Shown one piece after another: positions 41,740 to 54,180 of a stretch of DNA of 64,000 nucleotides. A model generated the notes under the pieces. That model did no database searches, was not told the origin of the DNA, and worked only from the letters and a program-made list of their open reading frames with translations. Position 1 is the stretch's first letter. Each line of letters opens with the position of its first letter. Both the position numbers and the translations under genes were made by a program. This DNA comes from Marsupella aquatica (taxonomy: Eukaryota; Plantae; Marchantiophyta), in NCBI GenBank assembly GCA_973895155.1, contig OZ316891.1:20844169-20908168 (forward strand), in the 5' to 3' direction.

Positions 41740-42794
41740 TCACAATATGTCATCATCATCGAGTAAATCTACCTCATGCAAGCTCGATGCCGCATTAGCA
41801 GAGGCAGTAGGGACCTTTACTCGACAATCCCTTTTCATGTGGCCAGGCTTGCCACAATTCCAACATGCAAGAGGCTTCCTCTCTTGCGATTTCCCTCTGG
41901 ATTTAGATCTCCCCCGTGATGTAGATCTAAACATGTTCTGCCCATTCGTGCGCTGCGCTGCTCTTCCCCTGTTCACATTGAGCGCAGTGCCAGAAGAAGA
42001 TGTTGTCTGTGATTGACCTAGCTTCTTTTGAGCATCATCAGACAATAATGAGCTCACCACCTCATTATACGAAATGGACTTCAGATCTCTGTACAAGAGC
42101 ACCTGTTTCAAGCCCTGATAAGACGGCGGTAAGGAGCTTAGCAGAAGCAAGGCCTTATCCTCATCTTCAACTCCTTTTCCCAGGTTTGACAGATCCACCG
42201 CTAGACTATCAAATTCATCCAGGTGATCCTGCATCTTGCTCCCTTCCTTGAGCCTAAGGCTCATCAAGAGAGACTTCTTGTACAGCCGGTCTGACGCATC
42301 TTCCCGGTAGTACTTCTTTCTTAGAGCCTTGAACAGTGACGTGCAATCCGCATAATCATCCAACTGCTTGATGATGTGCGGCTTGAGATATAGCATCACT
42401 GCATTGACAGCAATCACCTGCTCTTGTCTCCACTGTCTCAAAGAAATCTCCTCCTCTCCATCATACTGCTCTCGCAAAGAGAGCAGATGAGCTAAGCCCA
42501 TGGCCCGTAGAACACCCTTCACTTGCTTCTCCCACAGCAAGTAGTCAGTACGACCATCGTACTTCTCCACCTCAAACTTTACTCCTCCGAATCTAGCCAT
42601 CTCCCTCTTCTTCCCTACTACCGACAGATCTGGTAGTACACAGCTTCCTCCACTGCATGCCGCACCGGTGATCGTACCGGTGTCACTAGTTCTTCCTGAA
42701 ACGGTAGCAGCTCCTCCTCAGACTCTCCGTCTGACCGTCGCGATCCTGAAGCTCCACCGACACCAATTCTTCCAGTATCCTCCGAGTCACTCAT
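41740..42794 (-). pseudogene. gag: copia gag with a probable acidic N-terminal extension (1-nt frameshift near 42638)
   Basis: FEVEKYDGRTDYLLWEKQVKGVL, LLLSSLPPSY and the zinc knuckle CWNCGKPGHMKRDC. The upstream MSDSE... frame from 42794 joins the 42600 ORF if one base is restored. Confidence 0.85.
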
Positions 42795-44320
42795 ATGAAA
42801 CAATCACGAAAAAATGTCTTTTTTTGAAACTTCTCATAAAACTCAAAACTCAACACCGCCGCGTAGCCCACGAAGCTAGGAGTCCAATACTGAAAGCCAA
42901 AATCAAAATCAAAATTCGACGAAAAAGTTATTCAAATTTCGGTCAGGGTGGGTAAAACCTTGGGAAACTCCCCCGTTTTGACCACCTCGGAGAATAACCG
43001 AAATACCCAGTACAACCCGTCGTCGGAATCGCGATGTGATCGGTGCGCCGCGTTGCTAACTCCAGTGGCAACGTCCTCACCGAAAAAGAACCAAAAAAGT
43101 TACCATTCGGTGGACGAAATCTTTGTCGGATGGCCGAAAAATAGCTCTCTGTTTTTCGGGAATATTCCCGCAGAGTACAACAGGTCTCACAGGGGGCAGT
43201 TCCCCCTGTCCAAGCGGTTAAAATGGAGGGCGGCAGGTCCCAGCACAAAGGGAAACCAATAAGGAGGAAAAAGAGGCAAAATAATGGCCCTAAAGGGGGT
43301 GCTTAAGCTCCTAATCAAAAAATACAGTATAAACGGGCGGGCCCGAAGGGCGTAAGGCCGGGAGTACACCCAGGGGTTACGAGGGCGGTGTTATAGAGCG
43401 GATGCATATGCAGCCGCATACACATGTAGGGCCGGCCATACGACGTCAGGGCGGGGCCGAGGCAGTGACTGGCGTGGTATGGCGGAGGGCGTATGAGCGC
43501 ACGAAAAGCGCCGGCCGGCCTTGCGCAGCTCGTCGTCGCGGCTGAAGGATGAGGGGAAAACAAGGTGCGGGGGGGGTCGGGAGGGTGTGTATACACACCA
43601 AAAGTGGCCCAAACCTAAGCCAAAAATTGACTTTATAACAAAAATGTCATTTACACACCTTAACAGCTGCCGTTTCCAACGAGAAAAGTGAACGCCGCCA
43701 ACGGCAAATGTGGCCAAATTGCACTGGCACAGTCTGCAGCTCCAACAGAGTAAAAAATTTCCGCCGCGTCGTCTTCACTCCGCGTCAAGTGCCAATCCCG
43801 GGCTCAAAATGACCGCCTCGCCGTAATCAAACCATTGAGCCGTAGCACTTCGCGTTTCTTCCACCGAGTCGGACGTGACGAGGAGAAACCCGGTTCAGAT
43901 GTGAACAAGCTCCATAGCTTGTGAAAAAACCTGAACGCCTCCTTCACTCGTCACGTCTCACTCGGTAACAACTCGACAGCAAATCAGCTACCAAAACGAT
44001 CAGCTTGCTTCAACCTTCAACTTGAGCTACAACATGCGACGCCTCCCTCACCGCACAGCTCACACTGTTGAAAACACAAACTCTGGTCTCTCCCCCGAAA
44101 AACCGTCGAACACGAATAAAACCTGAACGACGCAAACTTCGATTCCTCCGCACCACAGATACTGATCAGCGAGTTCTAACCACCGTTAGAAAGCCCTCTC
44201 ACTAACCTATCCGCACAGCCACACACATTCAAGTTTCATGCGACGAAACTCTGAATGTACCATCGACAATGAACGCTGGAAAAAACCTGTCATGAAAAAA
44301 CATCGTCACCTCCCAGGCAT

Positions 44321-44332
44321 GCTCTGATACCA
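44321..44332 (-). promoter_or_regulatory. Primer binding site (tRNA-iMet)
   Basis: Minus strand TGGTATCAGAGC begins 2 nt after the 5' LTR. Confidence 0.95.
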
Positions 44333-44334
44333 CT

Positions 44335-44678
44335 TGTTGAGCATAGACAACATTCGTAACGGCAAGCCCATGAACCATCCAATGCACAATAGTCGACACA
44401 GAGAGATACGTGGTTCACCTCCACATGAGGCTACGTCCACGGGAACACACAAGAGCTTTACTGCACTCTAGGCCGACCGGCCATACCAAGCATCCACAGC
44501 ACAAGCTCTCCCTATCTCTCAACTAGCTCCGTAACAATGAGCCTTTGTTCCACCAAGGTCTGGCATCAGCCCTGGCTATATGCACAAGAGCACTACTGCT
44601 AACATTAGCTAAGTCCTAACCCGAGTTAGCTTAACTATAGTAAGCTCATGAGTCACAAGACTAGAGCAATATCTAACA
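44335..44678 (-). repeat. 5' LTR of the copia element
   Basis: Direct repeat of 37969-38312, adjacent to the PBS. Confidence 0.95.
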
Positions 44679-45010
44679 CCGAGTAGCAAAATCAGGGAAG
44701 GGTCACATATGGTCATGTGGTGAGGAGCCGATTAGCAAAATCAGGGAAGGGTTACATATGGTCATATGGTGAGGATGGTATGGGCGGCAGGAGGAAGAGG
44801 AGGAGAGTAGCAAAATCAGGGAAGGGTCACATATGGTCATATGGTGAGGAGCCGATTAGCAAAATCAGGGAAGGGTTACATATGGTCATATGGTGAGGAT
44901 GGTATGGGCGGCAGGAGGAAGAAGAGCAGAGTAGCAAAATCAGAGAAGGGTTAGATATGCTCATATGGTGAGGCAGAATGGGGCAGAGCAGAGCAGAGTA
45001 GAGTAGAGTA
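44679..45010. repeat. Composite minisatellite, right part (resumes after the retrotransposon)
   Basis: The same tagcaaaatcagggaagggt(c/t)acatatggtcat units resume directly after the TSD. Confidence 0.9.
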
Positions 45011-46716
45011 GAGGGGCGGAGATGGTAGAAGGAAGACAGTCCTTTCGCGTGTGTGGAGCTCGATGACAACGAGGGTGGGTGGGAAGGAGAGGAAGAAGAA
45101 CCTCAAGCAGTAGCTCATGTCCTACTAAGGAAGAGCGACGGACAGAGATGGACAAGGAGCGGATAGGGCCTGGTCAAAAATTGTTCGTTGGACTGGTTTT
45201 TGCTGACTGCAGTGAGACAGACGTACGTGTTTATTCCCTCACACGTGACAATGAGTAAGAGAAGAGTAGCGTCCCCATCTTTTAATTACGGACTACTGTA
45301 GGCTTGGATGCATTTTACACCTAAATTGTATTGGAAGGAGAGGGAGAGCAGCTTCACCGACGTCGGTGGGTTTGCAGAACTGGTCTTGAACAGTTGTGAT
45401 GGTCGGCTCAACCAGGAGGATGCAAAACCAGCGTTGGAGAGACAAAACTCGCTGCTGGTAGCGAATTATGAATCGAGGGAGCGGTGAGGAATCCTGTTTT
45501 CGCTCTGGTGTGACAAAACTTTGAGCATGGGGGAGGAGGGAGGGGCCAAACAGTTTATTACTGCCTCGTTGATTTCGCTCAATTGAAGTGACAAGTCAGG
45601 TCCTGCAAGCAACTTGCTGACTCACCGATCTTTTCTTCAAAGGGACGGAAGGAGAGGTATTGGAAATTGTTTTCTGCCTTTGGTACTCCTCATTGAGTCG
45701 GAACGACGGGTGCGATTGGAAACATAGGCTTCGAGGACAGAGGAGGCGGTGGGAGAATAAGCTCACAGGGTCCCGATTTGCCATGTAAGTTCTGCTTCCG
45801 CTCTTTCAGTTCTTTTGAAGGTTTTGTTGACTGCCGTACGTTCATGTAATGAACTTCCAGCAATGCGTAATTTTTGGTTTCTGTGTTTTCCTGGGTGGTG
45901 AGATTGGATTGGATTCGAATACAGTTGATCTGCACTCTGCCTTTTTCCTTGTTTGAATTGGAAATACTAACTTTCTTTATCTCCGAAGAACATATGAAAT
46001 GGTAACTATTTACAACATCATATGTAGTGTCCACACCCCACCCTCCTCATGCTAATCTTTAATACTTAATGGCCAAAGCGGTTTTGCATTGGGCTCATTG
46101 ACAGAGGGACGCAATTGTCATGAATTTAAGTGTCATGACTTTAGGTGTCTATCCTGACGTCTGAAAGTGGATTTCTTCTTAAATCTGTCATGTTTATAGG
46201 TCCTTGGTTTTATACCGAAACCCATGAGTAATAAAGTAAGGAGAACCCCTGATCAGGTGATCATGCACATACCGTTCAACGCTACAAATGGAAAGCTAGA
46301 TGGAATCCAGTTGCTTGGATCACCAAATTAGCGTGGTACTCTTTGATTGAATGGTGGCTGAGTACGTTTGCAGGACTGGGCTTAGGACCAGGGCTCTTGG
46401 TGCTTGATCCGGGCTCGGAAAGGTGGCAGCCCTAGATGTTCGAAAGTTAGCATTGTCCTGAATCGCTTCTCAGCTGTAGCTGAATTATTAGCAACATGTA
46501 TATAAATGTGTTTCAAGTGGAACATTTGGTTAAACTTGACTATTCGTATCAACCTTCAAACTAGTGAGCGTCGAAATATTCACTGGATTAGATCGAGACT
46601 AAGCTTTGAAGTGTATTTTTGTTCATCAACCGCAGGGCCGCATCACTGAGTACTTGACAAACTTTCCGGCTGTGTAGGAGTGGGAGCAACCCAACCTGTT
46701 CAGCAAATTAAATTCG

Positions 46717-48644
46717 ATGTCAAAGTCAAATACCCTCATGGGGAACAAGAGGCGGCGCGGTGCTGAAGATGAGGTGTACTTTGATAACTATCACAATCAC
46801 AAAAGATATCTTACAGAGGTGGGACTTTCTAATCTGTGCTTTGGTTCTGCAGTCCTATTTCCAGTCAGCCACTACAGGAGCTTTTGGTGGTCTGCGTTTA
46901 CTGTGACAATTCTACTTTGCTGTCAACTGTTCTATAGTTTGGCAGGCACAATGCCTTAGGTCTTTTCCAGTTCCGGCCATTCTTTTTACCTCTATGCTCA
47001 AGGTTCAATTCAGCTCTCTCTGCTGATAATTTTCTGATTTGCGTCTGCTCTGATCACAAGAATGTAAGCACATAGCAACATTTACGATAACGTTTTCGGA
47101 TTATCTTCATTAATACTAGATCTGATCTTTGGAATTCTTTTCATTATTGATATCCTCAACTGCAGGTTATGGCATCAAGCATGAATGGATTAAGCGTCAG
47201 TGATGCAGTTGCCAGTAACAGACGTCCCACATCACCGTCGGTGGACCCAATGCTATCTCCAGCACCCACAGAAACACATTGTACGCTCTCAAGATCGGCC
47301 TCGTCTTTTCCGAGTCAAGGGTATGCAAAATCCCTGATGAAATGTCTACCTTGTCCACCTTGTTTTCTGTGTAATCACACAAGAAAAAACCTACACGTCT
47401 GTCATTGCGATTACAGTGTAATGGGTTTGATCTCAAAGTATTGTTGATTTGAATGGAGATTAACATCATCAGTCTGTGGGGCAAATTTCTCTTGTGTACA
47501 ACTCCAAGAAGACTGCCTCTTTGACCCGAATGAGCTCTCAGTCTGTCATGTTTAGAGAATCCCTTTCGCAGATGTCCCACTCGGAAACTATCGGATATAG
47601 TTATGATTAAGGTTCGTTTGAGAGGCTAAGCGTGTTCTCATATATTTACATGTGGTGTTTGGCAGTGATGAAACATCAACGTTGGACTCTTTTATGTCCG
47701 AAGAAAGCGATGAAAGTGTGGGATATCGGTTTAGCCGTGGCTCTGAAGCCCCTCCATACACAGCCCCTGTCAGCACTGAGCTTGCCTCAAGCCATGCACC
47801 TAGCGCCTCGTCGCCTTCACCTCGGCGATTTCAAAGATTGCAATGCCATGGCTCTGGGCAAGTTTTACCTGGATCCGTGGCATGGATGTCTACTAGTAGA
47901 ATACCTATGACTCCCTACACACCGTCATGGTCTCGGTTCCCTGACTCAGAAGGTCGGCTGCCACCTTCCCCAAATGACCCTAGCAATGCTCCAGACTTGC
48001 GGCGTGCAACTCTCTTACGTAATTTGTCAATGAGAGCTCAGATCCCAACTCAACCGACCTCTTCTACAACTCCAGACACCAAACCAGAGACTAAGAGTTT
48101 ACAGGAACAGGAATCGGTTGAAGAAGTTGTGGATCAGACTCTGAGTTCTATGTCTTGCCATTTCTATGAGTATCCCCCAGAGCAGGTGGGATGCAATACT
48201 GCCATTATGGGATCTCCTACCCATGGTGTCTTCCCAGGTCATGTCTTACGTGGCTCACCCCGAGTGCGTAGTTTAGTTCTTGGTGAGGACAAAATCAGAC
48301 CAAAGGCACTCCTGACGACCGAGGTTGCGACTTCCAACGAAGGAGATGAATTGATGGCAAAAGTGGACCAACCCTCGAGCTTTGAGGAAGATGTTTTGTA
48401 CAATAGCAGTTCAAGTCCACTAAGTCCCCGCAGTCAGAACACTGCTGCCGGTTCTTCGGGTTACGAGATTTCATCCTGCCTTTCTCCCAAAGATGGCAAT
48501 CTTTCTGATACAGAGTCATCATTCAGTCGAAGGTCTGTTCGGACCAGTCTTTCCAGACAGCCATCTGTGTGCTCCCATGTTGATAGTAGTTATTCTGGGA
48601 GAGAGGGAACAAGACCCACACACCCACCGAATAGGATAAATTGA
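46717..48644 (+). CDS. Conserved plant protein of unknown function, 3 coding exons, about 411 aa, Ser/Pro-rich
   Basis: Exons 46717-46818, 47166-47320 and 47666-48644 join in phase with GT-AG introns. Motifs KRRRGAEDEVYFDNYHNHKRYLTEVMASSMNGLSV and DSEGRLPPSPND..DLRRATLLRNLSMR resemble an uncharacterised land-plant family as I recall it (not searched). Confidence 0.8.
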
Positions 48645-51600
48645 TGTACATCTGCTGGCCGGGCTGATTCAAATGCCAATTGGAGCCGTTCATAAGGTTG
48701 GCGATAGACATGGAAATCTTATCGTGCTCGGATCCTCTAAATTGAAGAAGTACTCGATAGAACTGATGCAAAAATTAGACGACTTCAATCTGATGTGTTA
48801 AGATACTGGATTTGCTTCTAAGGCTACCATCAATTCTGCTCTGATGGACTGTGTAGAGGGATTTCTCGATTGATTGAATGTTGTTATCATCGTACTGCTA
48901 GAGGTGGAGCCACAAATACCCCCATGGACCCGCTTTTTGGTCTGGAACACCAGTGACTTTCTTCCAATAGTGATGAATTCAATGATACTCTAGATAGTTG
49001 CAGAAGCAGTTTGACCGGTGGGTGTAATCAGACAATTGTTTGAGATATTCCGGTGTGCAAGTGGTGTTACAGCAATCACTGTACTCTTCCCGATACAGGC
49101 CTTGTAATGGTGGGTCATGGCTTGTCAATTCCTCTGACTACGATATTACATCACTAAATTCCATCCATCAAAATTGCAAACTCATGCTTGCCGCCGGATT
49201 GAACAGCTTAATGTTTCAAAAAATGAAAAAGAACGGCTTGCAGTGTTACCTCACTCATTTATTTAGCCCTTACGCATCTGACTCTCGGAACATTTTATCT
49301 AGGGTGTTTTGCTACAGCTGTCGTCTGGGCTGTTGTGACACTCTTCTTACATGTAGCCCACGTACTACGTGGACTTGAATTGTGAGATTGACGGAACAGC
49401 TTGTTTGGTGACGTATTTTGTCTCTTGCTTGGTGAAGTGAAAATCTCTCCCTCTTGGCTTCTTCGCTTGTTGGTCAATATAGTGGCCCCCAGAATACCTC
49501 TGTTGCCATCTGCTTCACGACTTCGATTTCTTTTGGGTGACCTCTGAATTCCAGCAGCACAAGCCATGTGCTCCCAAAGATCGTCACCATGAGACGCTGA
49601 CAGCTTTGTCTGTGAATCTCGGAAAAAGTGATTATTGAGACACATGCAAGTGGGACACTTCATGTCCAAACAGGAGGTATAGACTTTTGGATTATCATAG
49701 TAGCGATATGAGGCCTCGATATTTCTCAGTTGCAGTTCAATGTTGCTCTTGAGTCGAATTTGCCGAGGAGTGTCAAACATCAACGGGAAGGACTTCAGAG
49801 TAGCGATGAGTTCCTTGTGCTCTGATGGTTAAATATTGAAGGATCCCACGCAACTGCTTGACATTCTGTTAAAGCTAAAAGGTATGTGCACGTTGCTTTT
49901 CTTTGGCAGAGAACTGGAATATTGGAAATAGAAACATATGAAATCTCAATTGCCTCAAGGATACTATTCTCAAGCTTTTGCAGTATGTGTCTTCTGTTCA
50001 CTTCAGACATCAACCGTCTTCCGGATGGAATGCTCTTTGCTGCCTCCTCGATAGCCCTGGGTATCAACACTTGTTCAGTGACCACACCACTTCCGCTCTC
50101 CCCCTACGTACTTGTATAGACAATAATGCACTGCAAAGCTAGAAAACGTACTTGTGCTCTGCTTCTTGTGCAAGCTCAGTCTTGATTCGGAGCAGGCTGA
50201 AATTCACGGACCACATTCTAAGTCAGGAATATGTGCCTTCTGATATAAATCTGGCATATGAAATGCTGACTCGAGCCTCAAGAAAATCCCTGATCGGAGA
50301 GGATATGACAAGAATAGATTAATAGATGCAGAGAAAATGAAATTACATGTTGGGCTAAAGGTAGGTCCAGGCATCATACTATTCAGGCACCCTGCCAATG
50401 TTCTCCTTGCAAGCAGATAGCAAATCTGGTCCTGGGTCTTCTCTGAGAGCCTTTACACAAGCTGATTGCTCTGTTATGTCCTCCATGTTCTTCTCCACAA
50501 AGTTTATACTCACGCGTGTGCGTTGTCTCTGAAGATAGGGAAATGTGACCATGCTTATGGTACTTGTTTGCTTTGACATCACACTTAGCGTTGTGAAGCA
50601 GGACAATGAGGGAAAAGCAAGATCATGATTCAATATGCACACAGGACAACTTTGTAGTGGATGGCACCTCCTTTCACGCAGATATTGGTGGGTCCCAGAA
50701 GGCCAGAGGAAAACCAATTCATAATTGAGCTATAGTCATGAATCTGTCCTGAGGAAAGAGTGAAATCATGTAATGTCCTTAGAAACTGAAAATGAACAAA
50801 TACCTTCACAACCGCATTAGGAGTTTCTTTGCCACCCCAGTATTTGATGGCACTTTGTCGTTCGGCGTCTTGTCGCCTCTCTTTCTACACAATTGCAGGT
50901 GCAGCTCAAGATTGGCAAAAAAAAACAATTGGTCAATTGTGACTTCCTTTCCTAATCTTATGGCATTTGATCAACTTTAGTTGGCCACTACCACAGTATG
51001 ATCACTTGGGAGTTAAAAGACATTCTGTCACCCTGACTGGAGAGAATGACACTGGACCATCAGCATGGCCATGACTAACCTTGACTTTTACTCAGATAGT
51101 TGAGCAACTGCACTGAGATCAGAACATAGAACTAGAAGATTGACGCCAGAAATTAAGCACCAACACAGCAAACCTTCAACCCCTGAAGAAATAAAGAAAA
51201 AAAACAAATCATGAGCTAAATCTGACGTTTGATGCCTGATTTTCACAAGAGAGGTAAGGTGGGCAAAGTGGGGAGGTAACCTCTTTGTATTTGTGGGTTA
51301 AAGAACTCATTTCAGCAATTGCAGCCAAATGGTCCCGAAGGTGATTTCGTTTTACAGTTTGTTTCTTCTTGGGTGATTTCTTCCACTTGTATCTGTCATT
51401 GTCCATGAAAGCACCTCAGCCACCATTTCTACTTCACCAACAGCAACATGTCGATACATACAGGCCATGCCTGAAAGATCGTCCTCCTGCTTTAACACCA
51501 AAGCTTCACATGCAAAGGAAAATTGCTTGAAAGGGTAAATGTCTATTGAGGCCTTCGATGTTAAAAAGCCTCCACCACGAGCTCCACCAATTATCTGCTT

Positions 51601-52328
51601 GTGAGCAAGAAAGGCCGTTCATGGCCTTTGATTGAAACTCTCCTTCATACACGGGGGGAGTTGTGACAAAGCTTTCTCCAGTGTTTGCAGGCCTCCAAAT
51701 GTAAGCAAGCAAAAAATCTATTATAGAGAAACCTTGAAATTGTATTGACCAAGTGTGAAGAGAATTCTCGAGAATTGTGTTCAAAGTTCATAACAATGTT
51801 TCCAAGAAACTAATATGTTTCTTGTATTATATCAACTAGTCTTTGTCATGGACAACCAATGTTGTTGAAAAAGGCAAGTTGTCTCACAGAAGAGACCCAA
51901 GTCAATCACTTTGTGAGAACTGGATTCACTTACCTCGATGTTGAGAAGGGCAACATGCATGTTGGATAGAAGATGACCGAGTCAAATACTTGTGATCTAG
52001 AACTGGATTTCACTTAGCATAATTTTAGAGAAATTTTCATTATTTATTGAGTGCACCTCTGTAGATTAAATGTCTTTCACAAACTACTGCCCAAGGTAGC
52101 CATCCATAACAAATGCTTGATCATTTGATTCCATTGACATTCTGACTTAGTTGGATAAGTGACAACATTTGCTTAGAGACACGTATTTACTTGGAAAATA
52201 GATATCAATGGATTCGCGGTTGAAAATTCTAGAACCATCAACACGTCAAGAACGACCATCCCCAGATGAAACCAGCTGAAGCTAGGCAAAGTGGTATACT
52301 TTTATTGTCACAATATGCAAATGATTGT

Positions 52329-52475
52329 GGACTATGGTCCTTAAACACTCTGAATAAAAATCAAAATTGGATCCTAACATATGGACTATGGTCCCTAAAC
52401 ACTATGAATATATAAAAGTCAAAATTGGATCCTAACATATGGAATATGGTCCGTAAACACTCTGAATAAAAGTCA
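52329..52475. repeat. About 55-bp tandem repeat, 2.7 copies
   Basis: gga(c/a)tatggtcc.taaacact.tgaata...tcaaaattggatcctaacatat is repeated. Confidence 0.8.
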
Positions 52476-54180
52476 AGATTTGTAATGCTAAAGTCCCCCT
52501 CTAGCCTGTTTAAGTTTCCTGTATTTGTAAAACCACTCAATTGATTAATAACTATATAATGTCATGGTAAGTTCAAGCCTCATTAGTAAAGCAGATTGGA
52601 GCTTGGTCACAAGGAGTGTAATTCAATTGATGATCAGCTTTGCTGTCCCAATTCGCAACTATTTCAATGGTCTGCTGCAGATACTTCGTTTGATTGTTGC
52701 ATCGTAGATGGTACATGTTGCCTAGTGTTCACAATGTAGACAAAGTGTAAAGAGCTTCGATAGTATTGACTGACCAAGAAATAAATCAATCCAATAGTCC
52801 CGATGAGTGCAAACCATGGGAATGGGACATCAGATGGGGAAATGTGAGAGTATACAGTTTTCTAGAGAAATGAATTGGCTAATGGGAGCACCCTTCTTGG
52901 GAGGACTTTGGAGAGTGTAAACCAAAAGTCATTTAGTTGATGGACCTCCAAAACGAAAAGTAGTACTTAGTTGATGGACCCCATGAGTGATCCAGACCCT
53001 TGATAGACCTTAAATCAACACACCCAAAACCTGATGGGGTTGGTTGGGAGAAAAGTGCAGTTTGGGGGTCCATCAAGCAAATACCTAAGTGGAAACCTAA
53101 TGGGAGCACCCTTGTTTGGGAGGACTTGCCAGAGTAAAAGGCAATCAATCCCGGGATCACTTCCCAATCTCAAATCCGTTTCCCAGAAAATAGCCGTTTC
53201 CCAATAGTTTGGCTAGCAAATGAAGAGTATCACAACCATGTCAGGTACCCATCACTCCTATCAAATATAAGTTCCTCATATCAGTGAGTCAAATTTGACC
53301 ATGATCTTAAGTTCTTAGCTGGGCTGCCAAGTTAAACTTCTCAGCAAACTATGGAGACGTTTCTGAGTTGAAAACTATTTTGTTTTTTAAATTTCCACAT
53401 GCAGAGTGGAACTTATCCAAACTCTAAGGCGTTCAGTGAAAATTTCCAAATTTTCTCACTATTTTCAACTTAGGTTACGAGACAGCTAAGTTCAAATGAT
53501 ATCAGTGACTGATGACCCATATAGTTAACAACCTCAGATACTGACTGAGTATTAGATAGGTCACCATTAAACATGACTGTAAAGCTTGGTTACTATGAAG
53601 CCAAATAAAGCTTGCACAATTTCAGTACAACAATAACTAGTGCAACCTAGGAGTCTAGAACAGGGCATTAGACATTGTAATAGAGACCAACATGATGATG
53701 ATACGGTTGGAGTCTTTGAATATTTAAGAAACATCCTCAAAAATTATAATGGTTTGAGTAAATTTTCATTCTAATGAATTTCAAACTGAGAACCCTTCCA
53801 GTTGAGAATTATTGATAACGTTGTGTATATAGGTGAGACGCAAAGACTTCCCTAATCATGGCGATCAAATTTGTGCAAGTGATTTGCTTTTCAATTCGCT
53901 CCTATTAGAAATCTCGTTCTTTGTGTTTATCCCATCATTCTACTGAATGGGTACAACTTTCGAGGATATGGTATCTTTACAAGCACAAATATGACATCTA
54001 AGTGGATGTTACAGACGTGGAGCAAACAGAACTGTGATTTCACGAGGTACTTGAACTTGTCTACTTAGAAACTCGTGAAATGCTCTTGAACTTTTTGGTT
54101 GTCTTGTGATCAACCTGTGCAGCAGTCTCATCGTGAAACTTGTGAATCTTTCGACAATTGATGTATTGTGGAAGGGTTAC

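Larger units (their letters stand above)
37969..44678 (-). mobile_element. Full-length Ty1/copia LTR retrotransposon with disabled coding region
   Basis: 344-bp LTRs at 37969-38312 and 44335-44678 with 4 differences by eye. 5-bp TSD CCGAG at 37964-37968 and 44679-44683. tRNA-iMet PBS and PPT present. Domain order gag-PR-INT-RT-RH is copia-type. Confidence 0.98.

Noticed and set aside
42948-43262. Antisense ORF in the retroelement leader, with a similar ORF at 62320
   Set aside because: Non-ATG start, and the similarity is explained by DNA-level homology of the leader. The C-termini diverge.
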